Assembly (NCBI GenBank): GCA_024637115.1
Contig: JAGXFU010000014.1
Location: 6,524-70,523 of the forward strand
DNA from: Actinomycetes bacterium
Lineage (GTDB): Bacteria > Actinomycetota > Coriobacteriia > Anaerosomatales > JAGXFU01
Direction: 5' to 3'
Length of the DNA: 64,000 nucleotides
The position numbers and the translations under genes are program-made. Of this stretch, positions 19,737 through 30,150 are shown in pieces. The notes below the pieces were generated by a model that saw only the letters and a program-made list of their open reading frames with translations, searched no databases and was not told where the DNA came from. Every line of letters starts with the position of its first letter. Positions within the stretch are counted from its first letter, which is position 1.

Positions 19737-20218
19737 TAGTGCGCCTGCTCGGCGTCGATGTAGAGCGTCATTCGAACGTAGTCGCCCGCCAGGTCATTGT
19801 CAGCCGATGCGGGTAGCGTGACCGCAGTGTAGTACGTTGTGGCCGCCCCGGCGGCGAGCCGTATCGGAGCTGTCTGTAGCCCCGAGATGGGACCCTGATA
19901 GACGACCGCTCCCTCGCAGGTAACCACACAAGTGAGCGCGTTATAGAAGTCCGTGATCCCCATCTTCTTTGCACCGCTCACCACGATGTCCGATGCCAGG
20001 GCACCGGTGTTGCGCACCGTGACTGGTCGCATCTGGGTCTCACCCGGTGCGAGCGCGTCGATTGACAGGGCCGATGCTGTGGGCTCCGCAGACACCTCAA
20101 CATCACCAGCCCGAATGACGTTGTCCGGCACTTGAGCCTGGCCGGTGAAGTAGGCACTGGCCACCGTGAGACTGATTGCCAGCAGTGCGCCAATCGTGAC
20201 CGACAGAATCCTGTTCAT
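19736..20218 (-). CDS. TasA/CalY-like secreted fibre protein with SipW-class signal peptide
   Basis: Signal peptide ending ASAYFT; LAPGET, VTVRNTG; C-terminal NDLAGDYVRMTLYIDAEQ; SD GAGGAGGAG. Confidence 0.75.
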   Translation of the reverse strand: MNRILSVTIGALLAISLTVASAYFTGQAQVPDNVIRAGDVEVSAEPTASALSIDALAPGETQMRPVTVRNTGALASDIVVSGAKKMGITDFYNALTCVVTCEGAVVYQGPISGLQTAPIRLAAGAATTYYTAVTLPASADNDLAGDYVRMTLYIDAEQAH

Positions 20219-20342
20219 GGCTCCTCCTCGAATCACGCATGGTCGAGGGGAACCACGCTCGATGTCCGTGGCCGGAATGGCCACACGTTGGATAATGCCG
20301 AACGACACGAACCCAACTCAAACCGAGTCCAAACTACCGCCG

Positions 20343-20379
20343 GAATAGAGCGAGGGCCCCGCATCAGCGGAGCCCTCGC
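20343..20379 (-). terminator. Terminator after rplT
   Basis: GCGAGGGCTCCGC-TGAT-GCGGGGCCCTCGC followed by TCTATT. Confidence 0.7.
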
Positions 20380-20405
20380 ATACACGTCTATGACAGTGCT
20401 GGCGG

Positions 20406-20765
20406 CTAGGCCGAAACCTGCTGCTTGGCAATCTCAACGAGCTTCTCGAATGAAGCCGCATCATTGATGGCCATATCAGAGAGAACCTTGCGGTCCAGAC
20501 CGATCTCAGCCTTCTTGAGACCGTTCATGAACTGTGAGTACGACATACCGTACAAACGTGCGCCCGCGTTGATGCGAGTGATCCAGAGACGGCGAATCTC
20601 ACGCTTCTTGTTGCGACGGTCGCGATACACGTACTGCAGCGAGTGCTGCACCTGCTCTTTGGCAGCACGATAGCTACGGCTCTTGGCACCATAGTAGCCT
20701 TTGGCTCTTGTAAGTGTAGTCCGACGCTTCTTCTTCGCCGCTACTGCTCTTTTTACTCGAGGCAT
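20406..20765 (-). CDS. rplT: 50S ribosomal protein L20
   Basis: MPRVKR, AKGYYG, RRLWITRINA, LDRKVLSDMA. Confidence 0.98.
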   Translation of the reverse strand: MPRVKRAVAAKKKRRTTLTRAKGYYGAKSRSYRAAKEQVQHSLQYVYRDRRNKKREIRRLWITRINAGARLYGMSYSQFMNGLKKAEIGLDRKVLSDMAINDAASFEKLVEIAKQQVSA

Positions 20766-20802
20766 GCTCGATCACACTCCCTTTGCGTTCAAAGCGCCGG
20801 CT

Positions 20803-21000
20803 CTAGCCGATGCCGAGATTCTTACGAATGACCCTAGCGTCGGACTTGTGAACAAAAGAATCGGCACGGAACGCACGCTTCCGCTTGGGGCTCTTCTTCT
20901 CAAGAATGTGGCTCTTGAAAGCATTGCCACGCTTGAGCTTGCCGGTGCCGGTGGTCTTGAAGCGCTTGGCGGTTCCCTTGTGGGTCTTCATCTTAGGCAT
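20803..21000 (-). CDS. rpmI: 50S ribosomal protein L35
   Basis: [33 protein letters not shown]. Confidence 0.98.
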   Translation of the reverse strand: MPKMKTHKGTAKRFKTTGTGKLKRGNAFKSHILEKKSPKRKRAFRADSFVHKSDARVIRKNLGIG

Positions 21001-21004
21001 CGTG

Positions 21005-21586
<582 letters not shown>

Positions 21587-21638
21587 GGACCTTCACCTCC
21601 ATGTGTGGACGGACCCGCTCCTGCGAGTTCCGCCTCGG

Positions 21639-21674
21639 AAAAACAGAACGTCCCGCGGCTTGGCCGACGGGACG
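21639..21674 (-). terminator. Terminator-like hairpin in the infC leader (possible attenuator)
   Basis: CGTCCCG-TCGGC-CAA-GCCG-CGGGACG followed by TTCTGTTTTT. Confidence 0.5.
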
Positions 21675-21842
21675 AATACCAGCCAAGGAACAACATCGCA
21701 TCGCTGCGACGCAACGTTCCTCAAGCTTGATGGTGCTCGACCAGACAGCTGCCTGTAAGTGGCGCCGCAAGGTGGGGACCTAATCACAACCCCGGAAGGG
21801 ATCGGGGTCCCACTTAATATGCGATATGCAGTTGGACTTGCG

Positions 21843-21871
21843 AGTATACCGACTCTGGTCGGTGGTGTCTA
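21843..21871 (-). promoter_or_regulatory. Promoter for infC-rpmI-rplT
   Basis: TAGACA-17 nt-TATACT overlapping the thrS stop codon. Confidence 0.7.
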
Positions 21872-23782
21872 CGGAAGCTGCCCGTTGACCCGTTCAATAA
21901 ACGTCTCGATGCTCTCGGCACCCAGGTCGCCCTCGGTTCGATCGCGCACTGAGACCTGATCGGCCTCTGTCTCTTTGTCGCCCAGAACCAGCATATAGGG
22001 TACCTTCTGTTGCTGCGCCTTGGCGATCTTGACCCTCATCGGCTCCTGCTCTGCATGCATCTCAACACGCACACCCGCCGCCTCAAGACGCTTCTTGACC
22101 GACGCGGCATGCTCCTGGTGTCGATCCGCGATCGGGATGATGACGGCCTGCACCGGCGCGAACCAGATCGGGAACGCGCCCGCATAGTGCTCGATCAAGA
22201 TGCCGAGGAAGCGTTCCATGCTGCCAAGGATGGTGCGATGGAGCATGAACGGGCGAGCCTCAGTGTTCTCGGCAGTCCGATAGTTGATATCGAAGCGCTC
22301 GGGCAAGTTGAAGTCGACCTGAATCGTGGCTGTCTGCCACGTACGTCCGATGGCGTCGCGCAGCTTGATGTCGATTTTGGGACCGTAGAAGGCGCCGTCG
22401 CCCTCGTTGATGTCGTAGTCCATGCCGCGCTCGTCGAGCGCGCTCTTGAGCGACGAGGTTGCCACATCCCACATCTCTTCGGACCCGATGGACTTCTCAG
22501 GCCGGGTCGAGACCTCCGCGGTGTACTCGAAACCGAACACGCTGTTCACGTAGTCCACGAGTTCGAGCATCTTGATGACCTCGGAGTGCACCTGGTCAGG
22601 CATGCAGAAGATGTGCGCATCGTCCTGGGTGAAGCCACGCGCCCGCATGAGGCCATGCATGACACCGGAGAGTTCATGCCGATAGACCGTGCCGAACTCG
22701 AAGAGTCGCATCGGCAAATCGCGATAGGAGCGGATGTCGTTCTTGAACACCATGATGTGCCCGGGGCAGTTCATGGGCTTGATGCCGTAGTCGTTGACGC
22801 GGCCGTCGCCCTCGTCGATCTGGAAGAAGTACATGTTCTCGCGGTAATTGTCCCAGTGACCCGACGTCTTCCAGACATCCGCCTTGTACATGTGGGGCGT
22901 GATGACCTCTTCGTAGCCGCGACGGTACAGCTCTCGGCGCAACCACTCCTGAATGATCCGGAGCATGCGCGCACCTTTGGGGTGGTAGAGGGGTAGCCCA
23001 GCGCCCGCGTCCTCGTGCAGCGAGAACAGGTCGAGTTCCTTGCCCAGCTTGCGATGATCACGCTTCTCGGCCTGCTCGATTCGCTCGAGATATGCGTCGA
23101 GGTCCTTCTGCGAGAACCAGGCCGTGCCGTAGATGCGCTGGAGCATGGGACGGTTTGAGTCACCCCGCCAGTACGCGCCCGCGACCTTCATCAGCTTGAA
23201 CGCGCCGATCCGACCGGTGTCAGCTATATGCGGTCCACGGCACAGGTCGGTGAACTGACCCTGGTTGTATACCGAGATGATCTCACCCTCAGGAAGCTCC
23301 TCGATCAGTTCCTGCTTGAGTGGCTCACCATCGAACTGATCCCATGCCTCGAGTTTGGTGATCTCAGCGCGCCGGAACGGAATCTCCTCGGAGATTATCT
23401 GACGCATTCGTTCCTCGATAGCATCGAGATCTTCGGGTGTGAACGGGCGCTTCACCTGGAAGTCATAGTAGAACCCATCCTCAATGGACGGTCCGATACC
23501 AAAGGTCGTCTCCGGGAACAGCATCTTGACGGCCTCTGCCATCACGTGTGCTGTGGAGTGACGCAGGATATCGAGTGCCTCGTCTGAACGATCAGTGATG
23601 ATAGCGACCTCGTCGCCGGCGCTCACCACGGTATCGATATCGACGAGCGCACCGTTGACCTTTCCGGCAAGCGCGGCCTGCGCGAGGCGCGGGCCGATAG
23701 CTGCCGCAACATCCAGGACTGTGGCGCCTTCGGCAACCGCCTTCTCGCTACCATCAGGAAGTATGACTGTGATCTCAGGCAT
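21869..23782 (-). CDS. thrS: Threonine-tRNA ligase
   Basis: TGS domain, LRHSTAH, DLCRGPH, RDHRKLG, KPMNCPGH, GAFYGPKID, LHRTILGSMERF. Confidence 0.98.
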   Translation of the reverse strand: MPEITVILPDGSEKAVAEGATVLDVAAAIGPRLAQAALAGKVNGALVDIDTVVSAGDEVAIITDRSDEALDILRHSTAHVMAEAVKMLFPETTFGIGPSIEDGFYYDFQVKRPFTPEDLDAIEERMRQIISEEIPFRRAEITKLEAWDQFDGEPLKQELIEELPEGEIISVYNQGQFTDLCRGPHIADTGRIGAFKLMKVAGAYWRGDSNRPMLQRIYGTAWFSQKDLDAYLERIEQAEKRDHRKLGKELDLFSLHEDAGAGLPLYHPKGARMLRIIQEWLRRELYRRGYEEVITPHMYKADVWKTSGHWDNYRENMYFFQIDEGDGRVNDYGIKPMNCPGHIMVFKNDIRSYRDLPMRLFEFGTVYRHELSGVMHGLMRARGFTQDDAHIFCMPDQVHSEVIKMLELVDYVNSVFGFEYTAEVSTRPEKSIGSEEMWDVATSSLKSALDERGMDYDINEGDGAFYGPKIDIKLRDAIGRTWQTATIQVDFNLPERFDINYRTAENTEARPFMLHRTILGSMERFLGILIEHYAGAFPIWFAPVQAVIIPIADRHQEHAASVKKRLEAAGVRVEMHAEQEPMRVKIAKAQQQKVPYMLVLGDKETEADQVSVRDRTEGDLGAESIETFIERVNGQLP

Positions 23783-23803
23783 CTAGCGTATGCACCTCCA
23801 TAT

Positions 23804-23827
23804 AAAACGCCCCACCGAAGCGGGGCG
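23804..23827 (-). terminator. Intrinsic terminator-like hairpin just above the thrS SD
   Basis: CGCCCCGC-TTCG-GTGGGGCG-TTTT; SD GGAGG only 4 nt downstream. Confidence 0.6.
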
Positions 23828-23851
23828 ATTCGGCTCTGTTCGGTTCCTACC

Positions 23852-24286
23852 CTACTGCTTTGTCTTGCAGTACGGGCATACATTCCACCCGAGCTTGAGC
23901 GGCCTCTCGCACTCAGTACATGGTTTGCGCAACTTCTTCATGCATGACGGGCAGATGAGGAAGTCATTCTCGACGGGTTTGTAGCAGGCAGGACATGTCT
24001 CGAGATCGCGCTCCAAGGACACTTCCTTCGCACGAATCTCCAGATCACGCTCACGCGCATCTGCCGCGTACTCGGGCGGTCGAACCACAAGGTAGATGGC
24101 CCACCCGGCAATGTTGAAGAGAAACACCGTCAGGGCCCAGAACCACGCCATGGCTCCGCGACGATCTGCATCGCGATATGCCCAAAACGTCAGGGCAAAG
24201 TGGAAGACAAAAAAGAAGAGCGTGCACAGCTGTGTGACCAACTTGAACTCGCCGCTACTTGTGATCGGCTGGAGGATGTCTCCCAT
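23852..24286 (-). CDS. Membrane protein with PLDc_N-like TM hairpin and double zinc ribbon
   Basis: WAYRDADRRG...GWAIYLVVRP followed by CPAC, CPSC, CTEC and CPYC. Confidence 0.8.
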   Translation of the reverse strand: MGDILQPITSSGEFKLVTQLCTLFFFVFHFALTFWAYRDADRRGAMAWFWALTVFLFNIAGWAIYLVVRPPEYAADARERDLEIRAKEVSLERDLETCPACYKPVENDFLICPSCMKKLRKPCTECERPLKLGWNVCPYCKTKQ

Positions 24287-24357
24287 GTGCTCCCTTTCGC
24301 TCACGCTCCCAAACGGCGCGACTAGACGGATTCTAGCAGAACAGACGCCGAGGAGCT

Positions 24358-25692
24358 TCAGTCATTGCGCAGTACGCGTCGCGCCTCGGCAGCGGTTACG
24401 AAACTCCCTGTCGCCACGACATCACTGCCGGTCTTACGCGCGGCAACCAGGGCCTCCCTCACCGTCTCGAACACGCTCGGCTCAACACCCACGATCTGGC
24501 GAACCATGTCGGCGAGCTCCTTTGTATCGCGAGAGCGATTCGACTCAGGCCTGCCAAGGAACCAGGCACCTGAAACATCCCTCAACGCTTCAATGATTCC
24601 TTGCGCATCTTTGTCGCCGAGAACCCCAAGCACGAGCGCCGGGCGTAAGTTCGAATCCGGCCATGCATCAGAGATCGCCCGAGCAAGAACTCGCGCGGCT
24701 TGCGGATTGTGAGATCCGTCGGCGATGACGATCGGGTCGCGAGCAACGACCTCAAAGCGTGCCGCCATGCGGAATGTGGCGAGCGCAGCAGTCACTGCGG
24801 AGTAGTCGAGTGCACGTCCGAGGGCGGCCTCGGCCGCCGCGATAGCTGTCGCGACGTTAGGGGCCTGGTATGCCGGCGCAGCAACGTCGAGCACACCATA
24901 GTCGGCGTGAACGCCCACAACACTGATTCGAGAGAAACCCTCTGGGCTTTCCGGCCTGGCGTCAATGGCATAGCGAACTGTGAGCTCCTCGCCGACCGGC
25001 GTAGGACGCGACGTTGGCCGAACAGCACGGGGATGAAGCTCGAAACGAGCGGCGCGTGTCAGAAATACATCTTCGACCCCCTCGGTACCCGGCCCCAGAA
25101 TGGGAGTAGAAGCGGCCTTGATGATATGCGCCTTGTCCGACGCAATCTCCTCGCGCGTGTTGCCCAGATGGCTGGTGTGATCGAGACCGACGCCCGTGAT
25201 AACGGCCACAGAGGGACTCACGACACTCGTCGCATCCCACCTTCCACCCATCCCGACCTCGAGAACCGCCACATCTACGCCCTGCTCGCGAAAGAGCCAG
25301 AGCGCGGCGGCAGTGAGTAACTCGAACTCTGTGGGCTCATCGACATGCGCGGCACGAGCAGCTTCAAGAGCTGCCGCGACGCCCCGGACAAAGTCAGGTT
25401 CTGAGACGGCCGCGCCGCCAAGCTCTATGCGCTCAGCGTAGGAATCAAGATGAGGGCTCGTGTAACAGCCGGTCTTAAGGCCGTGGGCGTGAAGGATTGC
25501 CTCTGTCAGGCGCGCAGTCGATGATTTGCCGTTCGTCCCCGTGACCTGAACGCTTGAGAAGCCAGCATCAGGACGACCCGTCACATCGAGCATCGCCGTG
25601 ATCGAATCCAGCGATGGATGGATCCCGAACGTGAGCGCGGAAGATAGCACAGCGCTCGCCTGAGCAAAGGTACGCGGCACCGACGCTCCCAT
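24358..25692 (-). CDS. folC: Folylpolyglutamate synthase/dihydrofolate synthase
   Basis: VTGTNGKSS, YTSPHL, PTEFE, EVGMGGRWDAT, DGSHNP. Confidence 0.93.
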   Translation of the reverse strand: MGASVPRTFAQASAVLSSALTFGIHPSLDSITAMLDVTGRPDAGFSSVQVTGTNGKSSTARLTEAILHAHGLKTGCYTSPHLDSYAERIELGGAAVSEPDFVRGVAAALEAARAAHVDEPTEFELLTAAALWLFREQGVDVAVLEVGMGGRWDATSVVSPSVAVITGVGLDHTSHLGNTREEIASDKAHIIKAASTPILGPGTEGVEDVFLTRAARFELHPRAVRPTSRPTPVGEELTVRYAIDARPESPEGFSRISVVGVHADYGVLDVAAPAYQAPNVATAIAAAEAALGRALDYSAVTAALATFRMAARFEVVARDPIVIADGSHNPQAARVLARAISDAWPDSNLRPALVLGVLGDKDAQGIIEALRDVSGAWFLGRPESNRSRDTKELADMVRQIVGVEPSVFETVREALVAARKTGSDVVATGSFVTAAEARRVLRND

Positions 25693-25706
25693 TGCCAGAG
25701 CCCCTG

Positions 25707-28364
25707 TCAGCCTTCGAGTTCGGCGAGTTGGGTCACAAGCGTAGCGACCGTCTCAACGAGCTCTGCAGCCCGGAGGCGATCCTTCTCGATGATCTCGGGT
25801 GCGGCTTTGGAGAGGAACCCCTCATTGCCCAACTTGCGCTCGATCTTGTCCAGCTCATCGCGGGTCTTACCCAGAACCTTCGCAACTCTCGCCTTCTCGG
25901 CATCGAAGTCAACGAGTCCTTCAAGCGGAACGAATATCTCGACACCGGCCGCAACGGCGGCTGCGGCATGGGCGGGCTTCTCGGCAACTGGGTCAATGGT
26001 GAGCATACCAACACCCGAGAGCGCCGCGATCTCCTCGGCTAGGCTCTCAAAGAGCACCGCATCAGAGCCCGAGGCTTTCACGAAGACATCGATTCGAGTC
26101 TTGGGAGGCACCGTGTACCTGGCGCGGATCGCCCTGATAGCGGTGACGACCTCGCGCAAGACCGCAACCGAGCGCTCAGCATCGGCATCTGAATAGCCAG
26201 CAAGATCTGCCGGTGAAGGCCATGCCGCGATCATCAGCGATTCGGCGCCGTCAGCGTTGGAGAGCGGGAGACGACGCCATATCTCCTCGGTGACGAAGGG
26301 CATCATCGGGTGAAGAAGACGTAGGGCCCGGTCCAAGACGAACACGAGATTGCGCTTGACCGACAACGCCGATTCTCCACCGGCGTAGATTCGACCCTTG
26401 GCCAACTCGATGTACCAGTCACAGTACTCGGACCAGAAGAAGTCGTAGAGAGCGCGCGAGACTTCGCCAAACTGATAAGTTTGCAAACCAGCGTCAACCG
26501 CGCTCGACAGCTCGGCGAGCCTGGAAAGAATCCAGGCATCCGCAACCGTTGTGATCTCCGGCGGGCCAGGTACGTAATCATCATCGATATTCATGAGAAC
26601 GAAGCGGCTGGCATTCCAAATCTTGTTCGCAAAGTTCCGGCTGCTCGCCAGCTTCTCTTCTGAGAAGCGGATGTCCTGGCTGCCTGTGGTCTGTAGCATG
26701 AGTCCAAAGCGCATACCGTCTGCGCCGTAGTGTGCCATCAGATCCAGTGGGTCCACGCCTGTACCGAGCGACTTGCTCATTCTCCTGCCCTCGGCGTTGA
26801 AGACCGTTGGGTGGATGATGACATCGCGGAACGGAATCTCGCCGTCCTGGCAGTACATGCCGCTCATGATCATTCGGGCGACCCAGAGAAACAGAATGTC
26901 ACGCGCGGTCGAAAGTACGCCCGTGGGGTAGAAGTAGTCGAGTTCCTCGCTGGCGTCGGGCCAACCGAATGTTGCGAACGGCCAGAGCTGGCTCGAGAAC
27001 CAGGTGTCGAGAACGTCTTCGTCCTGACGAATATCGTCACTGCCGCATGTGGGACAGGTATCGAGATCGTCCATGGACGCGCGCATGTCTCCGCATGCGT
27101 CGCAGTAGAACACCGGAATGCGATGTCCCCACCACAGCTGTCGCGAGATACACCAGTCTCGAATGTTCTCCATCCAGTGGTAGTACACGTTCTCCCATCG
27201 CTCAGGATGGAACGTGACGCGACCGTCCCGCACCGCATCAATAGCGGGCGCGGCAAGCGGCTTCATATCCACGAACCACTGATCGGACAGCCACGGCTCG
27301 ATCACTGTGTTGCAGCGATAGCAGTGGCCCACGGAGTGCACGTGATCGTCGATCTTGACCAATAGGCCCGCAGCATCGAGGTCGGCTATGACCTTCTTGC
27401 GCGCCTCGTAGCGATCCAGGCCAGCGTAGGGACCGCCGTTCTCGTTGATCGTTGCGTCGGCGGCCATAACGTTGATCTTGGGGCAATCGTGCCGCTCCCC
27501 GATCTCGAAGTCGTTGGGATCGTGGGCAGGCGTGACCTTGACCGCTCCGCTCCCGAAACTCGGATCGACATAGTCATCGGCGACGATCGGAATCTCCCTG
27601 CCGATCAGAGGAAGTACGACCGTGGCTCCCACAAGCGCCCGGTAGCGCTCGTCATCAGGGTGAACGGCGATACAGGTGTCACCGAGCATCGTCTCAGGAC
27701 GAGTTGTCGCGACCACCACATGATCAACACCTGCGACCGGGTCCTTGAGGGGGTAGCGCAGATGCCAGAGATGGCTGTCCAGGTCTTCGTGCTCGACCTC
27801 GATGTCAGAGATCGCAGTGGAGCATCGCGGACACCAGTTGATGATGCGCTTGCCGCGATAGATGAGCCCCTGATCGAACCACTCCACGAACACTTTTCTC
27901 ACTGCGCGCTGATAGCTCGGATCCATGGTGAACCACTCATTGGAGTAGTCACAGCTGCAGCCCATCCGTTTGAGCTGCTCGATGATGACCGAGCCGTGCT
28001 CGCGACGCCATACCCAGCACAGCTCGATGAACTCCTCGCGACTCAAGTCATGTCTGGACAGGCCTTGTTTCGCGAGCTTCTGCTCAACCTTGTTCTGGGT
28101 GGCAATCCCGGCATGATCGGTACCGACGACCCAGCGCGCTGGCTGACCGGTCATGCGTGCGCGCCGAATGACAACGTCCTGAATGGTGTTGTTGAGTGCG
28201 TGACCCATGTGTAGTGAGCCCGTCACGTTAGGCGGCGGAATGACAATGGAAAACGGCTCTACGCCGTCGACGACTGCCTGCTCGAAGTAACGCCCCTGCA
28301 TCCATGAACTGAAGATAGGGCCTTCAACTGAATCGGGGTCGTATGCCTTAGGCATCTCACTCAT
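25707..28364 (-). CDS. valS: Valine-tRNA ligase
   Basis: PPPNVTGSLHMGH, DHAGIATQ, WCISRQLWWGHRIP, KMSKS-like RMSKS, C-terminal coiled coil. Confidence 0.98.
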   Translation of the reverse strand: MSEMPKAYDPDSVEGPIFSSWMQGRYFEQAVVDGVEPFSIVIPPPNVTGSLHMGHALNNTIQDVVIRRARMTGQPARWVVGTDHAGIATQNKVEQKLAKQGLSRHDLSREEFIELCWVWRREHGSVIIEQLKRMGCSCDYSNEWFTMDPSYQRAVRKVFVEWFDQGLIYRGKRIINWCPRCSTAISDIEVEHEDLDSHLWHLRYPLKDPVAGVDHVVVATTRPETMLGDTCIAVHPDDERYRALVGATVVLPLIGREIPIVADDYVDPSFGSGAVKVTPAHDPNDFEIGERHDCPKINVMAADATINENGGPYAGLDRYEARKKVIADLDAAGLLVKIDDHVHSVGHCYRCNTVIEPWLSDQWFVDMKPLAAPAIDAVRDGRVTFHPERWENVYYHWMENIRDWCISRQLWWGHRIPVFYCDACGDMRASMDDLDTCPTCGSDDIRQDEDVLDTWFSSQLWPFATFGWPDASEELDYFYPTGVLSTARDILFLWVARMIMSGMYCQDGEIPFRDVIIHPTVFNAEGRRMSKSLGTGVDPLDLMAHYGADGMRFGLMLQTTGSQDIRFSEEKLASSRNFANKIWNASRFVLMNIDDDYVPGPPEITTVADAWILSRLAELSSAVDAGLQTYQFGEVSRALYDFFWSEYCDWYIELAKGRIYAGGESALSVKRNLVFVLDRALRLLHPMMPFVTEEIWRRLPLSNADGAESLMIAAWPSPADLAGYSDADAERSVAVLREVVTAIRAIRARYTVPPKTRIDVFVKASGSDAVLFESLAEEIAALSGVGMLTIDPVAEKPAHAAAAVAAGVEIFVPLEGLVDFDAEKARVAKVLGKTRDELDKIERKLGNEGFLSKAAPEIIEKDRLRAAELVETVATLVTQLAELEG

Positions 28365-28501
28365 GTGGACGCAACTACCTCCAACGTGACGGGTCTGACT
28401 CTATGGATTCTAGGACAAGCGGGCGCCGATAGACAGGCAGGAACACCGATTCAGCAACAAGCCAACCAGACGCTCAAGGCCGTTCATCCTTATTAATAAG
28501 C

Positions 28502-28614
28502 CGTGCATCGGAAACCCCGAGCCGCCCGCTACGAACGAGTCGTAGAATCGGTTCGTTAGTTGACTCACTATTGATTCACTGAACACGAAGCGCGGCTCGG
28601 TACCGGGCTGCACG
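28502..28614 (+). other. Candidate structured RNA leader (long irregular hairpin) ending 2 nt before an SD
   Basis: Nested pairings CGTGCA/TGCACG, CCGAGCCG/CGGCTCGG and CGCT/AGCG, with internal alternative hairpins. Confidence 0.45.
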
Positions 28615-28632
28615 CAAGGAGGGGACATCGAT

Positions 28633-28860
28633 ATGGCCTGCTCATTGACTGAGGGATGCATCTTCTTTAACGACAAGATGGCGAACATGCCCAGCATGGC
28701 CAAGATGTACAAGCAGCGCTACTGCGAGGATTCATTTGAAACCTGCGCACGCTACGAGGTCTTCAAGGCGATTGGTCGCGAGAATGTGCCCGCCGACCTC
28801 TACCCGAACGAAGCCGAAAAGGCCTCGGGGCTCATCTCGGGATTTCAGGTCAGCCAGTAG
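28633..28860 (+). CDS. Small conserved-looking 4-Cys protein of unknown function
   Basis: Strong SD AAGGAGGGG; C3-x5-C9...C31-x6-C38 followed by ARY and VPADLYPN. Confidence 0.75.
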   Translation: MACSLTEGCIFFNDKMANMPSMAKMYKQRYCEDSFETCARYEVFKAIGRENVPADLYPNEAEKASGLISGFQVSQ

Positions 28861-28882
28861 CGCTACCGCCCGAGCAGGCCAG

Positions 28883-30145
28883 TCAGGCAGGCGTGGCCTC
28901 GGATTGCCCGCGGCGTACGACTGTCGGCTGACCGCCGTGGACGACGCATTCCTCGGTCACCACGACCTTCTCGATGTCATCGACGCTCGGCAGCTCATAC
29001 ATCGTGTCGAGCAGGAGCGACTCCATGATCGAGCGAAGGCCTCGGGCCCCCGTTGCGCGCTCGATCGCCAGAACTGCTATCGCAGACAAGGCCGCGTCTG
29101 TGAAGCTGAGTTCAACGTCCTCAAGCTCGAACAGTCTCTGATACTGCTTCACGAGCGCGTTCTTGGGCTCTGTGAGGATATGTACGAGGTCGTCCTCGCT
29201 CAACTCCACGACATTTGTGATCACGGGCAGTCGTCCCACGAACTCGGGAATCATGCCGAACTTGTGCAGGTCTTCGGGAAGCACTCTCCCAAAGAGCTCC
29301 CCGGCTTTATGCTGGCTTGCATCGGTGAGGTCCGCACCAAAGCCAACACCCTTGCGCCCCATGCGATCACCGATCATCTTCTCAAGGCCCACAAACGCGC
29401 CGCCGAGGATGAACAGTACATTCGTCGTGTCAATCTTGATGAGCTCCTGCTGCGGATGCTTGCGACCACCTTGTGGCGGAACAGACGCTTCAGTGCCCTC
29501 GAGAATCTTGAGGAGCGCCTGCTGAACGCCCTCCCCACTCACGTCGCGAGTAATCGACAGGTTCTCGGCCTTGCGCGCAACTTTGTCTATCTCATCGATG
29601 TAGATGATGCCTACTTCGGCCTTCTTCACGTCAAAGTCAGCTGCCGTAATGAGTTTGAGCAGGATGTTCTCGACATCCTCACCAACATAGCCCGCTTCTG
29701 TCAGAGCCGTTGCGTCTGCAATCGCGAACGGGACCTTGAGAACCCGAGCCAGAGTTTGCGCGAGGAGCGTCTTGCCGCAGCCTGTGGGGCCGAGCATGAG
29801 AATGTTGCTCTTGGCCAGCTCAACGTCATCTGCGCCGGCCTCAGGTAAAACGCGGACGCGTTTGTAGTGGTTGTAGACCGCGACCGAAAGCACCTTCTTG
29901 GCCCGTTCCTGCCCGATCACGTATTGGTTAAGCGCCTCATAGATCTCCACCGGGGTCGGCAGCGCGTCGCCGAGCGGCGCGCCGGGATGCTCTTCGGCGA
30001 GCTCGTCTTCGACGATGTCGTTGCACAAATCGATACACTCATCGCAGATATATACACCCGGTCCGGCAATGAGCTTGCGAACCTGTCGCTGGCTCTTACC
30101 GCAAAACGAGCACTTGAGATGATCGGGGTTCTCGGTGCGAGGCAT
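28883..30145 (-). CDS. clpX: ATP-dependent Clp protease ATP-binding subunit ClpX
   Basis: CSFCGK zinc finger, [35 protein letters not shown]. Confidence 0.98.
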   Translation of the reverse strand: MPRTENPDHLKCSFCGKSQRQVRKLIAGPGVYICDECIDLCNDIVEDELAEEHPGAPLGDALPTPVEIYEALNQYVIGQERAKKVLSVAVYNHYKRVRVLPEAGADDVELAKSNILMLGPTGCGKTLLAQTLARVLKVPFAIADATALTEAGYVGEDVENILLKLITAADFDVKKAEVGIIYIDEIDKVARKAENLSITRDVSGEGVQQALLKILEGTEASVPPQGGRKHPQQELIKIDTTNVLFILGGAFVGLEKMIGDRMGRKGVGFGADLTDASQHKAGELFGRVLPEDLHKFGMIPEFVGRLPVITNVVELSEDDLVHILTEPKNALVKQYQRLFELEDVELSFTDAALSAIAVLAIERATGARGLRSIMESLLLDTMYELPSVDDIEKVVVTEECVVHGGQPTVVRRGQSEATPA

Positions 30146-30150
30146 GTGAG

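Noticed and set aside
28365-28500. Possible T-box upstream of valS
   Set aside because: No GGTGGNACC motif, Stem I or terminator on the minus strand; a TAGAAT -10 lies close to the gene
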